DNA of 64,000 bases from Vicinamibacterales bacterium (GTDB lineage Bacteria; Acidobacteriota; Vicinamibacteria; Vicinamibacterales; UBA2999): assembly GCA_041659285.1 (NCBI GenBank), contig JBAZYO010000002.1, positions 105,284-169,283 of the forward strand, given 5' to 3'. Both the position numbers and the translations under genes were made by a program. Shown here piece by piece: positions 10,128 to 20,184 of the stretch. Each line of letters begins with the position of its first letter. The stretch's first letter is position 1. Under the pieces are notes generated by a model. It did no database searches. It was not told where the DNA came from and saw nothing but the letters and a program-made list of their open reading frames with translations.

Positions 10128-10468
10128 GCGCCCTCGATGCCTTTCGGTGTGCGCGGTCCCCTAATACGCTTCGGCAAATGCTCTTCTTCAAGCTCACGGC
10201 CGAGTGAGTCGTGCTTGGGATCGGCAATGTCGGCCAGGCGCTCGACCATGCCCATCACGAAAAGGACGGTGGCGCAGATGCCAAGCGCCACACCGGGATC
10301 GCCCTTTTCAAGCTTCAGAAGGGTCGTGCGGCTGATCGAAGCGCGCTCGGCCGCGATGGCCGCAGGAATACGGCGGCGCCGACGGGCATCGCGGATGTCG
10401 TGCCCCAGCTTGCGTAAAGCGCGTCTGACGGGGATCGGGACGACGACTGACGCTCGACTCGTTCTCAT
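10124..10468 (-). CDS. hipB: XRE-family HTH antitoxin (HipB-like)
   Basis: The HTH reads IPAAIAAERASISRTTLLKLEKGDPGVALGICATVL. The gene lies immediately upstream of hipA and overlaps it. Confidence 0.75.
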   Translation of the reverse strand: MRTSRASVVVPIPVRRALRKLGHDIRDARRRRRIPAAIAAERASISRTTLLKLEKGDPGVALGICATVLFVMGMVERLADIADPKHDSLGRELEEEHLPKRIRGPRTPKGIEGA

Positions 10469-10470
10469 GC

Positions 10471-10535
10471 TGTAACGTCCATTTTAATGCTCTCTATATA
10501 GCTTATTGTATATTATTATGAACGTTTCACAAAGC
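10471..10535 (-). promoter_or_regulatory. AT-rich putative hipBA promoter/operator region
   Basis: This is the only strongly AT-rich stretch I noticed in the window (attttaatgctctctatatagcttattgtatattattatgaacg). It lies directly upstream of hipB. An imperfect inverted repeat, TGTAACGT (10471-10478) and ACGTTTCACA (10522-10531), flanks it. Confidence 0.4.
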
Positions 10536-10725
10536 AGCAGACTCAGCACCGCATTGCCCTGATGGCTGCCGCCTTCCTGTCTCCAGTCAGTCGAACCGCC
10601 AGCCGACACCAGTGTCGTCCTGCCGACATCGCACGCCCCTTCCGTCGGCGCTCCCGGAGACAGCAACGATGCCTGCGACGGTCATTTGCGGGCATACGGC
10701 TTGCAATGCCCTCGGGCAGCCATCC

Positions 10726-12645
10726 ATGTGCGGCATCTGCGGAATGTTTGGACGCCCGGATCGGGCGGTGGTCGGCCGGATGGCCGCCGCCATGGTGCAT
10801 CGCGGCCCCGATGACGACGGCTTCCATGTCGACGAGCACGTGGCCCTCGGGTTCCGCCGCCTGTCGATCATCGACGTCGCCGGCGGCCATCAACCCCTGA
10901 CCAACGAAGACGGCTCGCTGCGCCTCGTCTTCAACGGCGAGATCTACAACCACCTCGAACTGCGGGCGGAGCTCGAAGCGCGCGGCCACCGCTTCCGGAC
11001 GAAGAGTGACGGCGAAGTCATCCTGCACCTCTACGAAGAGCAGGGGACGACGTTCGTCGACCGCCTGAACGGGATCTTCGCGTTCGGGTTGTGGGACAGC
11101 CACGCGCGGCGCCTGGTGCTGGCGCGCGACCATCACGGCGTGAAGCCGCTCTACTGGAGCCAGACCGCGACCTCGTTCCTGTTCGCCTCGGAACTGAAGT
11201 CGGTGCTCGCCAGCGGCCTGGTGTCGCGCGACATCGATCCCGAGGCGGCCGGCCAGTACCTCGTGTACCAAGCGGTGCCGCCGCCGTTGTCGATCCTGCA
11301 GCAGGTCAAGATGCTGCCACCGGGCCGCGTCCTGATCCACGAGGGCGACAGCCCGACGATTCGGATCTACTGGCGGCCGCCGACCCACCAGGACGATCCG
11401 GTGCAATCGGTCGACGAAGCGAAGGCCCTGGCGCTTGGCGGTCTGCGCGACGCCGTGCGCCGGCAGATGATGTCGGAACGGCCGCTCGGCGTCTTTCTCT
11501 CTGGAGGGGTCGATTCGAGCGCGCTCGTCGCGCTCGCCTCCGAGCACGTGACCCATCCGCTCAAGACGTTCTCGGTGGGATTCGAGGGGAAAGACGAAGC
11601 CATCCTCACCGAATGGCCGTGGGCGCGCCTGGTCGCCGAACGCTACGGCACCGACCACCACCAAGTCGTGCTGTCGGAGTCGATGTTCCGGGACGCGCTG
11701 CCCCACACGTTCGCGGCCATGGATCAACCGACCTCGGATGGGATCAACTCATACTGGGTGTCGTATGCCGCCGCTCGGCACGTGACCGTGGCCCTCTCGG
11801 GCACCGGCGGCGATGAGCTGTTCCTCGGCTACGATCGCGACCGCGCGTTGCTCGAGGCCTCGACGCTGGCCTCACCGTTGGCCACCCTGCCGGCCGGCTA
11901 CGTCCGGCGCGTCGCGCGCTGGCTCGACCGAATGCCGGACACCGGCCTCTGGCCCGGCGCCGCCCGGCTGAAGCACGCGGCGCGAACCTTCGCGCTGCTC
12001 GATGCCGAGTTCGTCAGCCCGCGTGTCATCGGCATCTTCGAGGAGGCGGCGCGCGATCGGATGATGGCCGCCGCGCTCAAGGCGCGCCACGGCGCGTTCA
12101 TGCATCCCACGGCCTTCCTGCGCGCCGACGTGCCTCCGGACCCGGCCCGGCCAGGGGAGTGGATCTCCCGATTGGAACAGCGCGCCTACCTGTCGTACGT
12201 CCTGCTGCGCGATATCGATGCCATGTCGATGGCCCACTCGCTCGAGGTCCGCGTGCCGTTTCTCGACCCGCGCTACACCGAAGCCATGGCGCGCATTCCG
12301 GTGGAGATGAAAGTACGCGACGGCATCGGCAAGTGGGTGCTCAAACAGGCGCTGCGAGACGTGCTCCCGGACGCCGTGCTCTTCCGTCCGAAGATGGGCT
12401 TCGGGCTTCCGTACAACGTCTGGATGCGGCGGTCGCTGGCCCCGATGGTGCGCGACCTGCTCAGCCCGGATCGCATCCGCCGTCGAGGCGTCTTCGATGC
12501 CGTGGCCGCGCAGGCCCTCGTCGATCGCTTCTACGCTGGAGACGACGCGATTTGGCGACAAGTGTGGACGCTGTTCGCCTTCGAGGGCTGGGCGACCGCG
12601 GTGCTGGATGCCCGGGCGGAGGTGCGCGATGACGTCGCCGCCTGA
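10726..12645 (+). CDS. asparagine synthase (glutamine-hydrolysing) family amidotransferase
   Basis: The start is MCGICG (N-terminal nucleophile Cys2). The protein has a GATase-II domain and then the PP-loop SGGVDSS. Confidence 0.9.
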   Translation: MCGICGMFGRPDRAVVGRMAAAMVHRGPDDDGFHVDEHVALGFRRLSIIDVAGGHQPLTNEDGSLRLVFNGEIYNHLELRAELEARGHRFRTKSDGEVILHLYEEQGTTFVDRLNGIFAFGLWDSHARRLVLARDHHGVKPLYWSQTATSFLFASELKSVLASGLVSRDIDPEAAGQYLVYQAVPPPLSILQQVKMLPPGRVLIHEGDSPTIRIYWRPPTHQDDPVQSVDEAKALALGGLRDAVRRQMMSERPLGVFLSGGVDSSALVALASEHVTHPLKTFSVGFEGKDEAILTEWPWARLVAERYGTDHHQVVLSESMFRDALPHTFAAMDQPTSDGINSYWVSYAAARHVTVALSGTGGDELFLGYDRDRALLEASTLASPLATLPAGYVRRVARWLDRMPDTGLWPGAARLKHAARTFALLDAEFVSPRVIGIFEEAARDRMMAAALKARHGAFMHPTAFLRADVPPDPARPGEWISRLEQRAYLSYVLLRDIDAMSMAHSLEVRVPFLDPRYTEAMARIPVEMKVRDGIGKWVLKQALRDVLPDAVLFRPKMGFGLPYNVWMRRSLAPMVRDLLSPDRIRRRGVFDAVAAQALVDRFYAGDDAIWRQVWTLFAFEGWATAVLDARAEVRDDVAA

Positions 12646-13153
12646 ACGCGTCGTGCTGATCCGGTCTGGCCGCCATGTTGGCGTGGCAATCGCCGCGCTG
12701 CGGACGGCCTACCGTGGCTGTCAGGTGACCATCGTCACCACCCCCGCCGCCGAAGCCTCGTTGCGGCAGGCCGGTGTGCTGGAGTCGGAATTATTGATCT
12801 ACCGGACCCGGCCCCAGTTCGACGCGTGGCCGTTCCTGCGGAGCGGGGTGCCCCTGCGGTTATGGCTCCGCGGCTACGATCGGGTGGCCGTGCTGTGGCA
12901 GGATCCGTCAGGGGCCGACCGCGCCAATGTCGACCGCGCGGCCCTGCTGCTGTCGCCGCGAGGGTTCGAAGCCATCACGCCTGACGGTACGCTCATCCAG
13001 CGTGACACCGCGTCGCTGGTCACCCGCGAACTGCGTACCGCGCTTCGGTCGATGGCCGCCCTGACGGTGATGGCCCTTGGCCTGTATCTGCCGGCTCACC
13101 TGGCGCGCCTCTTCAGGCGCCCGTCGCGCGCCGCCGCCACCAGGTCACGCTGA
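12629..13153 (+). CDS. hypothetical protein; stand-alone copy of the module fused to the GT4 at 5655-7355
   Basis: The ATG at 12629 overlaps the asnB-like 3' end, and the stop overlaps the next GT4 start (TGATG). It resembles residues ~33-120 of the 5655 ORF (RVVLIRSGR.../RVLVFRSCR...). It has a C-terminal hydrophobic helix. Confidence 0.45.
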   Translation: MTSPPERVVLIRSGRHVGVAIAALRTAYRGCQVTIVTTPAAEASLRQAGVLESELLIYRTRPQFDAWPFLRSGVPLRLWLRGYDRVAVLWQDPSGADRANVDRAALLLSPRGFEAITPDGTLIQRDTASLVTRELRTALRSMAALTVMALGLYLPAHLARLFRRPSRAAATRSR

Positions 13154-14217
13154 TGCGCGTGCTCCATGTGCTCGAGACCCTCGCGGCCGGCGGCGTTGAA
13201 ACCACGTTCCTGAATGTCCTGCGGCACCTGTCCACCGCCATGACGCACGACGTGCTGGCGTTCGCCGGCGGCGCGCTCGAATCCGAGTATCGAGCCATCG
13301 CCAATCGCGTGACAATCGCGCGACGCACCCGCGATCTCGAAGCGTTGTTGGCTGACGGCGCCTATGACGTCGCCCATATCCTCTTCGAGCGCTGCGCGGA
13401 GCGGCTGTTGCCGCTGCTGGTCACGCGTACCGCCACCGCGGTTGTCTACGGCAAGAACTACGACTTCAGCGGCCAATGGCGCACCACCGAAGGATTCCAC
13501 TGGACCCCGGACGACGCGATGATGGCCGCGTGCGACGGCGTGACCTTCACCACGCCGGCGCTGGCTGCCGGCTACGCTCCGGAAGAGACGGCGCGCGGGT
13601 GTGTGCTCGGGAAGGGCGCCGACGTGACACCCCTGCTGTCGATCGAGCCCCCCGCTGCCGACGCCCGCCAGCGAGTCTTGGTGATCGCCAACCCGACGCC
13701 ACGCAAACGGCTCGGCGACCTCGTGGCGGCGCTCGCGATCGTCAGGCAGACCGTACCGGAAGCCGAGATCCGCGTGCTGGGACAAGGTGATCCGCCCGAG
13801 GAAGCCCGCCTGCGCGCGCTCGCGCACCAGCGCGGGACCGCCGGCGCGTTCGACCTGGCCGGGGTCTCGCGCGACGTGGCTGCCGAACTGCGTCAAGCGC
13901 GCGTCGTCGCCTTATGCTCGGGCAGCGAAGGCGTGCCCACGGCTCTGCTCGAAGCCATGGCCGCGGGGCGCCCCGTGGTCGCTACCGACGCCGGCCACGT
14001 GCGATCGATCGTGAGCGATGGCGTGGAGGGATTCGTCGTGCCCATCGGCGATGTCGATGCCATCGCCGATCGCTTGATCCGCCTGCTTCAGGACCCGGCT
14101 CTCGCGCGACAACTGGGACGCCGCGGCCGCGCCCGCGCCCGCCATCACGCCGTCGAAGCCATCGCGGCGCGGCTGTCCACCGTGCTTGCCGCGCAGGCGG
14201 TCCGCCATGCCGCGTGA
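13153..14217 (+). CDS. glycosyltransferase family 4
   Basis: The N-terminus is MRVLHVLETLAAGGVETT and the C-terminal motif is SEGVPTALLEAMAAGRPVVATDAGH. Confidence 0.8.
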   Translation: MRVLHVLETLAAGGVETTFLNVLRHLSTAMTHDVLAFAGGALESEYRAIANRVTIARRTRDLEALLADGAYDVAHILFERCAERLLPLLVTRTATAVVYGKNYDFSGQWRTTEGFHWTPDDAMMAACDGVTFTTPALAAGYAPEETARGCVLGKGADVTPLLSIEPPAADARQRVLVIANPTPRKRLGDLVAALAIVRQTVPEAEIRVLGQGDPPEEARLRALAHQRGTAGAFDLAGVSRDVAAELRQARVVALCSGSEGVPTALLEAMAAGRPVVATDAGHVRSIVSDGVEGFVVPIGDVDAIADRLIRLLQDPALARQLGRRGRARARHHAVEAIAARLSTVLAAQAVRHAA

Positions 14218-15376
14218 TCTGATTGCGTCGATCGGCACCGATCGCTACCTGACGGCCGACGATCTGGGCTCGGGGGCATTCAGCCACGATGCAGCGGTCA
14301 CGTGGAAGACCTACCGCACGCAGTTTGACGGGTTTGCCGGCGCCTGTCTCGACCCGCAGTTTGCCAGGCTGACGCATCCGGCCACACACGCCGGCATACC
14401 GCGGGTCCATCCCGGCACGGCCGTCATCATCGCCGGCGCCGGCCCGTCGCTGGAGCACGTGGCCCCCGAGTTGGCGCACGCGCGCGACCGCCTGTCGATC
14501 TGGACCTCCCTGCGCGGAGCCGAGGCTCTCGCGACCTACGGATTGGCGCCCGATCTCCTGCTCGTCCAGCACCAAAGCGACCTCGACGCGTATCTCAGCG
14601 TCCGTCACCTGGACGATCGGAACGGCGCCACCCCGGCGAATCACGCCCCGGTCGTGCTGGCCGAAGCAAGAACACCGGCGGCCTTGATTGCGCGCGTTCC
14701 TTCTGCCCGGCTGGCGGCCTTCAACGGCGCCTGCGGCTGGGGGTTGTGGCCCGCCAGCCTGGCCTGGCTGGCCGCGGCCGCCGGCGCCGACGCCATCGCC
14801 CTGGCCGGCATCGACTTGGGGACTGCTGACGCGCCGGACCCCGCGCATGAGGCCCTGCGGGCGCTCCTCGGCCTGCTCGCCACTACCACCACCGCCGTGA
14901 CCGTCGATGCCGGCGGCGCCGACAAACCGGGCTGGGCCCGCGCGCCGATCACCCCGCTGACCAGCGCGACCGGCGCGCGTACCGTCCTCCTGGAGCGCGC
15001 GCCGTGGCCGGAGCCCGAGGCTCGCATCGAGGCGCTCGCCGCGGGACTCGAATACCTGCGCGAGGCCCTGGACAGCGCGACAGCATTTCGCGCGCTCGCG
15101 ATTGAAGCGCGCGCCTCTCGGCCGCGGGGACAAGCGGAAGGACGCCTGGCCGACGCCTGGAATGTCGTGCTGGGTTGGCGCCACACGCCAGCCATGCGGG
15201 CGGCGTTTCAAGAGGACCTCAGCGTCAGCTTCCTGCCCCGGTTCTGGCGTCAGGCTGCACCATCGGTAGCCGGCCCGCTGTGGCGTCCGCTGCTGCTGGC
15301 CACCGACGAGATTGTCCGTCAGGCGGACCGCGCGCGGTGGTGCGTGTCCGCGCCGCGCAAGGCGATGTCCGCATGA
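14207..15376 (+). CDS. DUF115/MptE-like (Maf-like) protein
   Basis: The core AVIIAGAGPSLEHVAPELAHARDRLSIWTSLRGAEALATYGLAPDLLLVQH...ALAGIDLG fits the DUF115 pattern. The start overlaps the previous gene. An alternative ATG lies at 14186. Confidence 0.6.
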   Translation: MPRDLIASIGTDRYLTADDLGSGAFSHDAAVTWKTYRTQFDGFAGACLDPQFARLTHPATHAGIPRVHPGTAVIIAGAGPSLEHVAPELAHARDRLSIWTSLRGAEALATYGLAPDLLLVQHQSDLDAYLSVRHLDDRNGATPANHAPVVLAEARTPAALIARVPSARLAAFNGACGWGLWPASLAWLAAAAGADAIALAGIDLGTADAPDPAHEALRALLGLLATTTTAVTVDAGGADKPGWARAPITPLTSATGARTVLLERAPWPEPEARIEALAAGLEYLREALDSATAFRALAIEARASRPRGQAEGRLADAWNVVLGWRHTPAMRAAFQEDLSVSFLPRFWRQAAPSVAGPLWRPLLLATDEIVRQADRARWCVSAPRKAMSA

Positions 15377-16344
15377 CGCCTCCGACTCGGGTGTCGGTAC
15401 TATTACCGGTTCGCAACGGCCTGCCCCACTTGCGTGCGGCACTGCGCAGCGTCCTGGCCCAGTCGTTCACTGCCATCGAGGTGATCCTCATCGACGATGG
15501 GAGTGTGGACGGTTCCGGCCGTGTTGGCCTCGACAGTGGTGATGCGCGGGTGCGGGTCATCCCGGGCGGGGGCCTCGGCATCGCCCACGCGCTTAACCTC
15601 GGGCTGGCCGCGGCCACGGGCGAGTTCATTGCGCGGCAGGATGCCGACGACCTCTCCGCTCCTGATCGGTTCGCCCGGCTGGCCCGCTACCTCGACGACC
15701 ACCCAGAGGTGGCCGTCGTGGCGTCGCAGGTCGACTTCATTGACGACGCGGGGCGCCCGGTTCACACGCCGTGGACGCGGGCCGTCGCAGCGCAATGGGA
15801 TCGCGCCCGGACGCCAGAGGAGATCGGCACGCTGATGCCGTTGACCTGCTGCCTCGTGCACGGCAGCGTGATGGCTCGCCGCTCGGTCCTGATGGCCCGC
15901 GGCGGGTATGACGAGCGGTTGCCAGTGGCGCAGGATTACGACCTCTGGCTGCGCCTGCTGCCGGAGCACCGTTTCGCGAAACTGGACGAATGTCTGTACA
16001 GCTTTCGCATCCATTCGAAACAGATCAGTGCCAGTCACGGTTCCGTGCAGGCCGAACATGCCGTGACCGCAAAGCTCCGTTACCTCGAGCGAGTCGCGCC
16101 GGTGCCGGCCGCCGCTCGCGTCCGCATCTTCGGAGCTGGCACCGGTGCCGACATCTATCGCCGCGCGTTGGCCGCATCCCGGTGGGCGCTTGCCGGGCCG
16201 CGCGAGCGATGGGATGTCGCCGTCTTCACCGACTTCAACCGGCTCGACGCCGACATGCATGACGCCGCCGCTCACGAGGCGCGCCCCCTGCGGCGCATCG
16301 CCAACTTCCTGGTCGCCGGGGATTCGATCGGGGTGGTCTCGTGA
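15373..16344 (+). CDS. glycosyltransferase family 2
   Basis: An ATGA overlap links it to the previous gene. The GT2 motifs are VSVLLPVRNGLPHLRAALRSVLAQSF...ILIDDGSVDGS and a DxD-like QDADD. Confidence 0.85.
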   Translation: MTPPTRVSVLLPVRNGLPHLRAALRSVLAQSFTAIEVILIDDGSVDGSGRVGLDSGDARVRVIPGGGLGIAHALNLGLAAATGEFIARQDADDLSAPDRFARLARYLDDHPEVAVVASQVDFIDDAGRPVHTPWTRAVAAQWDRARTPEEIGTLMPLTCCLVHGSVMARRSVLMARGGYDERLPVAQDYDLWLRLLPEHRFAKLDECLYSFRIHSKQISASHGSVQAEHAVTAKLRYLERVAPVPAAARVRIFGAGTGADIYRRALAASRWALAGPRERWDVAVFTDFNRLDADMHDAAAHEARPLRRIANFLVAGDSIGVVS

Positions 16345-17510
16345 GGACGGGGCCAATCGTCCACCTGACGACGTTTCTGCAGGGCGGCGCCGGACGCGCC
16401 GTGACGCTGCTGGCGTGTGCGCAGCGGCGCGCGGGGCATGACGTGGTGGTCGTCACCAGCCGCACGCCGGCGCCAGGCTACGAAAACTATCAGGAATACC
16501 TCGACACCATTGCCGCGGCCGGCTGCCGGCTCGTTCAGGTCGACTCGCTGTTCAAACGGGATGACGGCCTCAACCGGGCGGCGCTCGACAGTACACGTGC
16601 GGCGCTGCAAGGGCAGCGACCGCAGCTCGTGCACGCGCATGCGGCCGTGCCCGCGCGCATCGGCCTCCGCCTGGCGTCACGAGGTTGCCCGGTGGTGCAG
16701 ACGATGCACGGATGGAGCCGGCACAAGACGCCTGACCAGGTCGCGCAGGACCTCGACATCATGCGCGAGGTCGATCTCGTGGTCTTTCCGTCGGCGGCCG
16801 CGGCCGAGGAACTGCGCGCCGCAGGCGGATCGTTCCGCGCTACTGCCATCGTCCCGTGCGGCATTCCGGTCGGGGCGCCCGCGGCGCCGCTTCCGGCCGG
16901 CCTCGAGCACCTTCAGCGTCGCCGGGCCCAGGGCGCCCGCGTGCTGGTGACCATCGGCAGCCTGACGCGCCAGAAGAACCACGCCGTGGTCATCGACGCA
17001 CTGCCCCCGCTCGTCGAGCGGCACGACGTGATCGCGCTGCTGGTGGGAGAGGGTCCCGAGTTGCCGGAGCTTCGCGCGCGCACCGTCGATCTGGGTGTCA
17101 GCGACCGCGTGCACTTCGCGGGCTATGTGGCCGAGGCCTCCAGCGTGCTGGCGATCGCCGATGTACTCGTCCAGCCGTCACTGACCGAAAGCTTCGGAAT
17201 CGCCGTGGCCGAAGCCTTCCGCGCTGGGGTGCCGGTGGTGGCCAACAACATTCCGGCGCTGGCCGAGTTGCTGGCCGGCGGCGCGTACGGCTGGATGTTC
17301 GACGGCGACGATGCCGATGACCTGGTTCGAACGCTCGATCGCGGCCTTCGCGCACCGCAGTCCGAAGTTGCGGACATGACCGCGCGGGCCCGGCGGCGCT
17401 TCGACGACCTCTTCACGGAACGCCGAATGGTCGATGGCTACGCGCAGGCGTTCGAACAGGCCCATGTGGCGCGGGGTGCCGCGGCCAATGCGGACCCGGC
17501 AGCGGACTAG
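16341..17510 (+). CDS. glycosyltransferase family 4
   Basis: The GTG start overlaps the previous stop. The motifs are LQGGAGRAV at the N-terminus and SLTESFGIAVAEAFRAGVPVVANN at the C-terminus. Confidence 0.85.
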   Translation: MRTGPIVHLTTFLQGGAGRAVTLLACAQRRAGHDVVVVTSRTPAPGYENYQEYLDTIAAAGCRLVQVDSLFKRDDGLNRAALDSTRAALQGQRPQLVHAHAAVPARIGLRLASRGCPVVQTMHGWSRHKTPDQVAQDLDIMREVDLVVFPSAAAAEELRAAGGSFRATAIVPCGIPVGAPAAPLPAGLEHLQRRRAQGARVLVTIGSLTRQKNHAVVIDALPPLVERHDVIALLVGEGPELPELRARTVDLGVSDRVHFAGYVAEASSVLAIADVLVQPSLTESFGIAVAEAFRAGVPVVANNIPALAELLAGGAYGWMFDGDDADDLVRTLDRGLRAPQSEVADMTARARRRFDDLFTERRMVDGYAQAFEQAHVARGAAANADPAAD

Positions 17511-17528
17511 CCGGCGACGAGTCCACCA

Positions 17529-18668
17529 CTACGCGCGCCGCGCCTGACGCTCCACTCGCCCGAGCGGTCGCGGGCGCGCCAGCTGCATGGCCTCCGGACT
17601 CACGCGGTAATCCGGCACGGCCGCCGCCAGCTCGGTCAGCGTTCCCGCCGCGTCACCGCGAGCCACGCGGTACTGGAGGCGACGCACGGCCGCGGCGATG
17701 GCCGCCGCGTCGCCGGTCACCTGGCGGGCCACCCATATTCGCGGGTCGCTGGTGCGGCACATCCGGATGCCCTGTGTGGTGAGCTCCTCGTGCCGCTTCT
17801 CGCCCGGTCGCAAGCCGATCACCTGCAGCGGCACGGGCGCATGGCCGGCCGCCGCCTCGATCCGCATCAGGCGCGCGGCCAGATCGCCAATGGCGACCGG
17901 CTGCCCCATGTCGAGCCAATAGGTTTCGGCCCGCTGCGACAGCCGCTCGGCCTTGATGACCAGCGACACGGCCTCGCCGGCCGTCATGAAGTAGCGGGTG
18001 GCGGCCGGATCGGTCACCGGCACGGGCTGCCCGGCTCGGATGCTCTGGCGCATGACTGCCAGCACGCTGCCACTGCTGCCCAGCACGTTCCCGAAGCGGA
18101 CCACGATCGGCTGAAAGCTGCGGTCGGCGCCTGTGGTCACCGCGAGCTCAGCCAGTCGCTTGGTGGCCCCCATCACACTGCGAGGCGTGGCCGCCTTGTC
18201 CGACGAGATCAGCACGAACCGCGCACCGGCCTCCCGGGCCGCTTCAGCCATCTGCAGCGCGCCGAGCACGTTGGTCTCAACCGCGGCGCACACCGCGCGC
18301 TCCGCCATGGTCACGTGCTTGTAGGCCGCGGCGTGAAAGACCACGTCGGGCCGCGCCTCCCGGCAGACCGCGCGCAGGCGGCGGCGCGTCACGTCGCCCA
18401 GCACGACTTCGAGCGGCACACCCGGCTCGGCGTGTGTGATCTCACGTTCGATCTGGAACAGGTTGAACTCGGACTGATCGACGAGCGTCAACCCCGCCGG
18501 CTGGCAGCGCGCGACTTGCCGCGCCAGTTCAGCGCCAATCGAACCACCGGCGCCGGTGATCAACACGCGGCGCCCCTCGAACGCGCCCCGGTCGGCGGCG
18601 GTCAGCAGGCGGCAGACCGGACGGTCCATCAGTGTTTCCAGTTCGGTCTCGGTGAAGGGAATGGTCAT
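17529..18668 (-). CDS. Polysacc_synt_2 (CapD/PseB/PglF-type) nucleotide-sugar 4,6-dehydratase
   Basis: It has the NAD-binding motif VLITGAGGSIGAELARQV, then AAYKHVTMAE (YxxxK) and FVLISSDKA. Confidence 0.8.
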   Translation of the reverse strand: MTIPFTETELETLMDRPVCRLLTAADRGAFEGRRVLITGAGGSIGAELARQVARCQPAGLTLVDQSEFNLFQIEREITHAEPGVPLEVVLGDVTRRRLRAVCREARPDVVFHAAAYKHVTMAERAVCAAVETNVLGALQMAEAAREAGARFVLISSDKAATPRSVMGATKRLAELAVTTGADRSFQPIVVRFGNVLGSSGSVLAVMRQSIRAGQPVPVTDPAATRYFMTAGEAVSLVIKAERLSQRAETYWLDMGQPVAIGDLAARLMRIEAAAGHAPVPLQVIGLRPGEKRHEELTTQGIRMCRTSDPRIWVARQVTGDAAAIAAAVRRLQYRVARGDAAGTLTELAAAVPDYRVSPEAMQLARPRPLGRVERQARRA

Positions 18669-19393
18669 GGTTCGTCCGACGTTTCAGTGGCGGGGTTCAA
18701 GATCACGATATCGACCCGCCGGTTGCGGGCACGGCCCTCGGCGGCTTCGTTGGAGGCGCGGGGGTGAAACTCCGAATAGCCCGCCGCCGACAAGCGGTCC
18801 GGTGCAATGCCGCCTTGCCCAATGAAGAACGCGATGACTTGCGTGGCGCGGGCGGTGGACAACTCGAAGTTCGACGTGAACCGCTCCGTGCGGATGGGTG
18901 TGTTGTCGGTGTGCCCTTCAATGCGAATGGCGCTGGGCAGTTGTGCCATGACCGTGGCCACGCGGGCCAGCAGCGTCTCGGCATCCGGCGCGAGGTCGGC
19001 ACGGCCGGTCGCGAATGAGAACGCCTCGGGAATGGCCAGCACGAGTCCCCGGCGGTCTTCGATGAGTTCGAGGCGCCCCGACGTCAGGTCGGCGGCAAGC
19101 GCGTGTTCGATGGCCATCCGCACGTCCGGGTCGGGCTGCGCCGGCAACGCCGGGCCGACCAGCGCCGGCCCCTGCCCCAGCAACCCGTCGCTCGGAGGCG
19201 GCGGCAGTGGGGCGCCCACGGCCTGGCGCAGGCCCTGGGCCAGTTCCGGCAGCCGCCCCGCGTCCGCCGCCGCGACGGCGTACAGCGCGGTGAAGAGCGC
19301 GAACAACAACGTGACCAGATCCGCATACGGCACCATCCACCGGTCTCGGGATGGGGCGCCGGCGCCGACTGGATGCCGCGCCCGTCGTCTCAC
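18665..19393 (-). CDS. motB: flagellar motor stator protein MotB (OmpA-like C-terminus)
   Basis: The N-terminus reads WMVPYADLVTLLFALFTALYA, with the conserved Asp before the TM helix. The C-terminal OmpA domain reads IRIEGHTDNTPI...NFELSTARA...NRRVDIVI. Confidence 0.85.
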   Translation of the reverse strand: MRRRARHPVGAGAPSRDRWMVPYADLVTLLFALFTALYAVAAADAGRLPELAQGLRQAVGAPLPPPPSDGLLGQGPALVGPALPAQPDPDVRMAIEHALAADLTSGRLELIEDRRGLVLAIPEAFSFATGRADLAPDAETLLARVATVMAQLPSAIRIEGHTDNTPIRTERFTSNFELSTARATQVIAFFIGQGGIAPDRLSAAGYSEFHPRASNEAAEGRARNRRVDIVILNPATETSDEP

Positions 19394-20184
19394 GCCGCCC
19401 CCCGTGACGGTTCGTGTCGCGACCGCAGAAAGCCGGCCAGGTACTCTTCGACCATGCGGGGATGGGCGGCCCGGCGAAGCACCACCGCGCCCTCGATGAT
19501 CAGCTCACGGTGAAGCGCGGCAGTCCGGCTCATCACGCGCAATCGCGACGCCAGGGGCAGCAGGACGAGGTTGGCTGACCCGACGCCGTAGACGGTGGCC
19601 ACGAAGGCCACCGCGATTCCCCCGCCGACACCGGCCGGGGTCGCAAGATTTTCCATGACACGGATCAACCCGAGCACCGCGCCCAGAATGCCCAGGGTCG
19701 GGGCGTAACCGGCCGCTGTCTCCAGCACGAGGGCGCACTCTTCGTCGGCGTCTTCACGGGCATGGCTGAAAGTAGTGAGGGCCTGCCTGATCTCCTCCAC
19801 CGGCTGGCCGTCGACGACCAGGCCGAGGGCGCGCGCGAGAAAGGGATCGTCCGCGGCGGCGAGGTCGGACTCGAGCGACGCCGGCCCGCGGCGGACCACC
19901 CGGGCCGCGTAGTGCTCGAATCGGGTGATCAGCGCCGATTGGGCGTCAGGCATCACGCGGAAGACCTTCGATAACGCCGCTCCCGTCCGGACCAGGCGCG
20001 ACCACGGAAAGCTCAACATCAGCGCCGCCGCCGTGCCGCCAAACACCACGAGGGCGGCGGTCGGCTGCACGAGCGCGTACCAGCGCCCGCCATCGGCCCA
20101 CTGCGCCACGCCAATCACGGCGGCCGTCAATCCGAGGCTCAGGATTGCGACCCGATCGCGACGGGGCCGCGGGCGCAGGCTCAT
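19390..20184 (-). CDS. motA: flagellar motor stator protein MotA
   Basis: The MotA/TolQ/ExbB channel motif is YAPTLGILGAVLGLIRVMENL...IAVAFVATVYGVGSANLVLLPLA. An ATGA overlap links it to motB. Confidence 0.85.
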   Translation of the reverse strand: MSLRPRPRRDRVAILSLGLTAAVIGVAQWADGGRWYALVQPTAALVVFGGTAAALMLSFPWSRLVRTGAALSKVFRVMPDAQSALITRFEHYAARVVRRGPASLESDLAAADDPFLARALGLVVDGQPVEEIRQALTTFSHAREDADEECALVLETAAGYAPTLGILGAVLGLIRVMENLATPAGVGGGIAVAFVATVYGVGSANLVLLPLASRLRVMSRTAALHRELIIEGAVVLRRAAHPRMVEEYLAGFLRSRHEPSRGAA

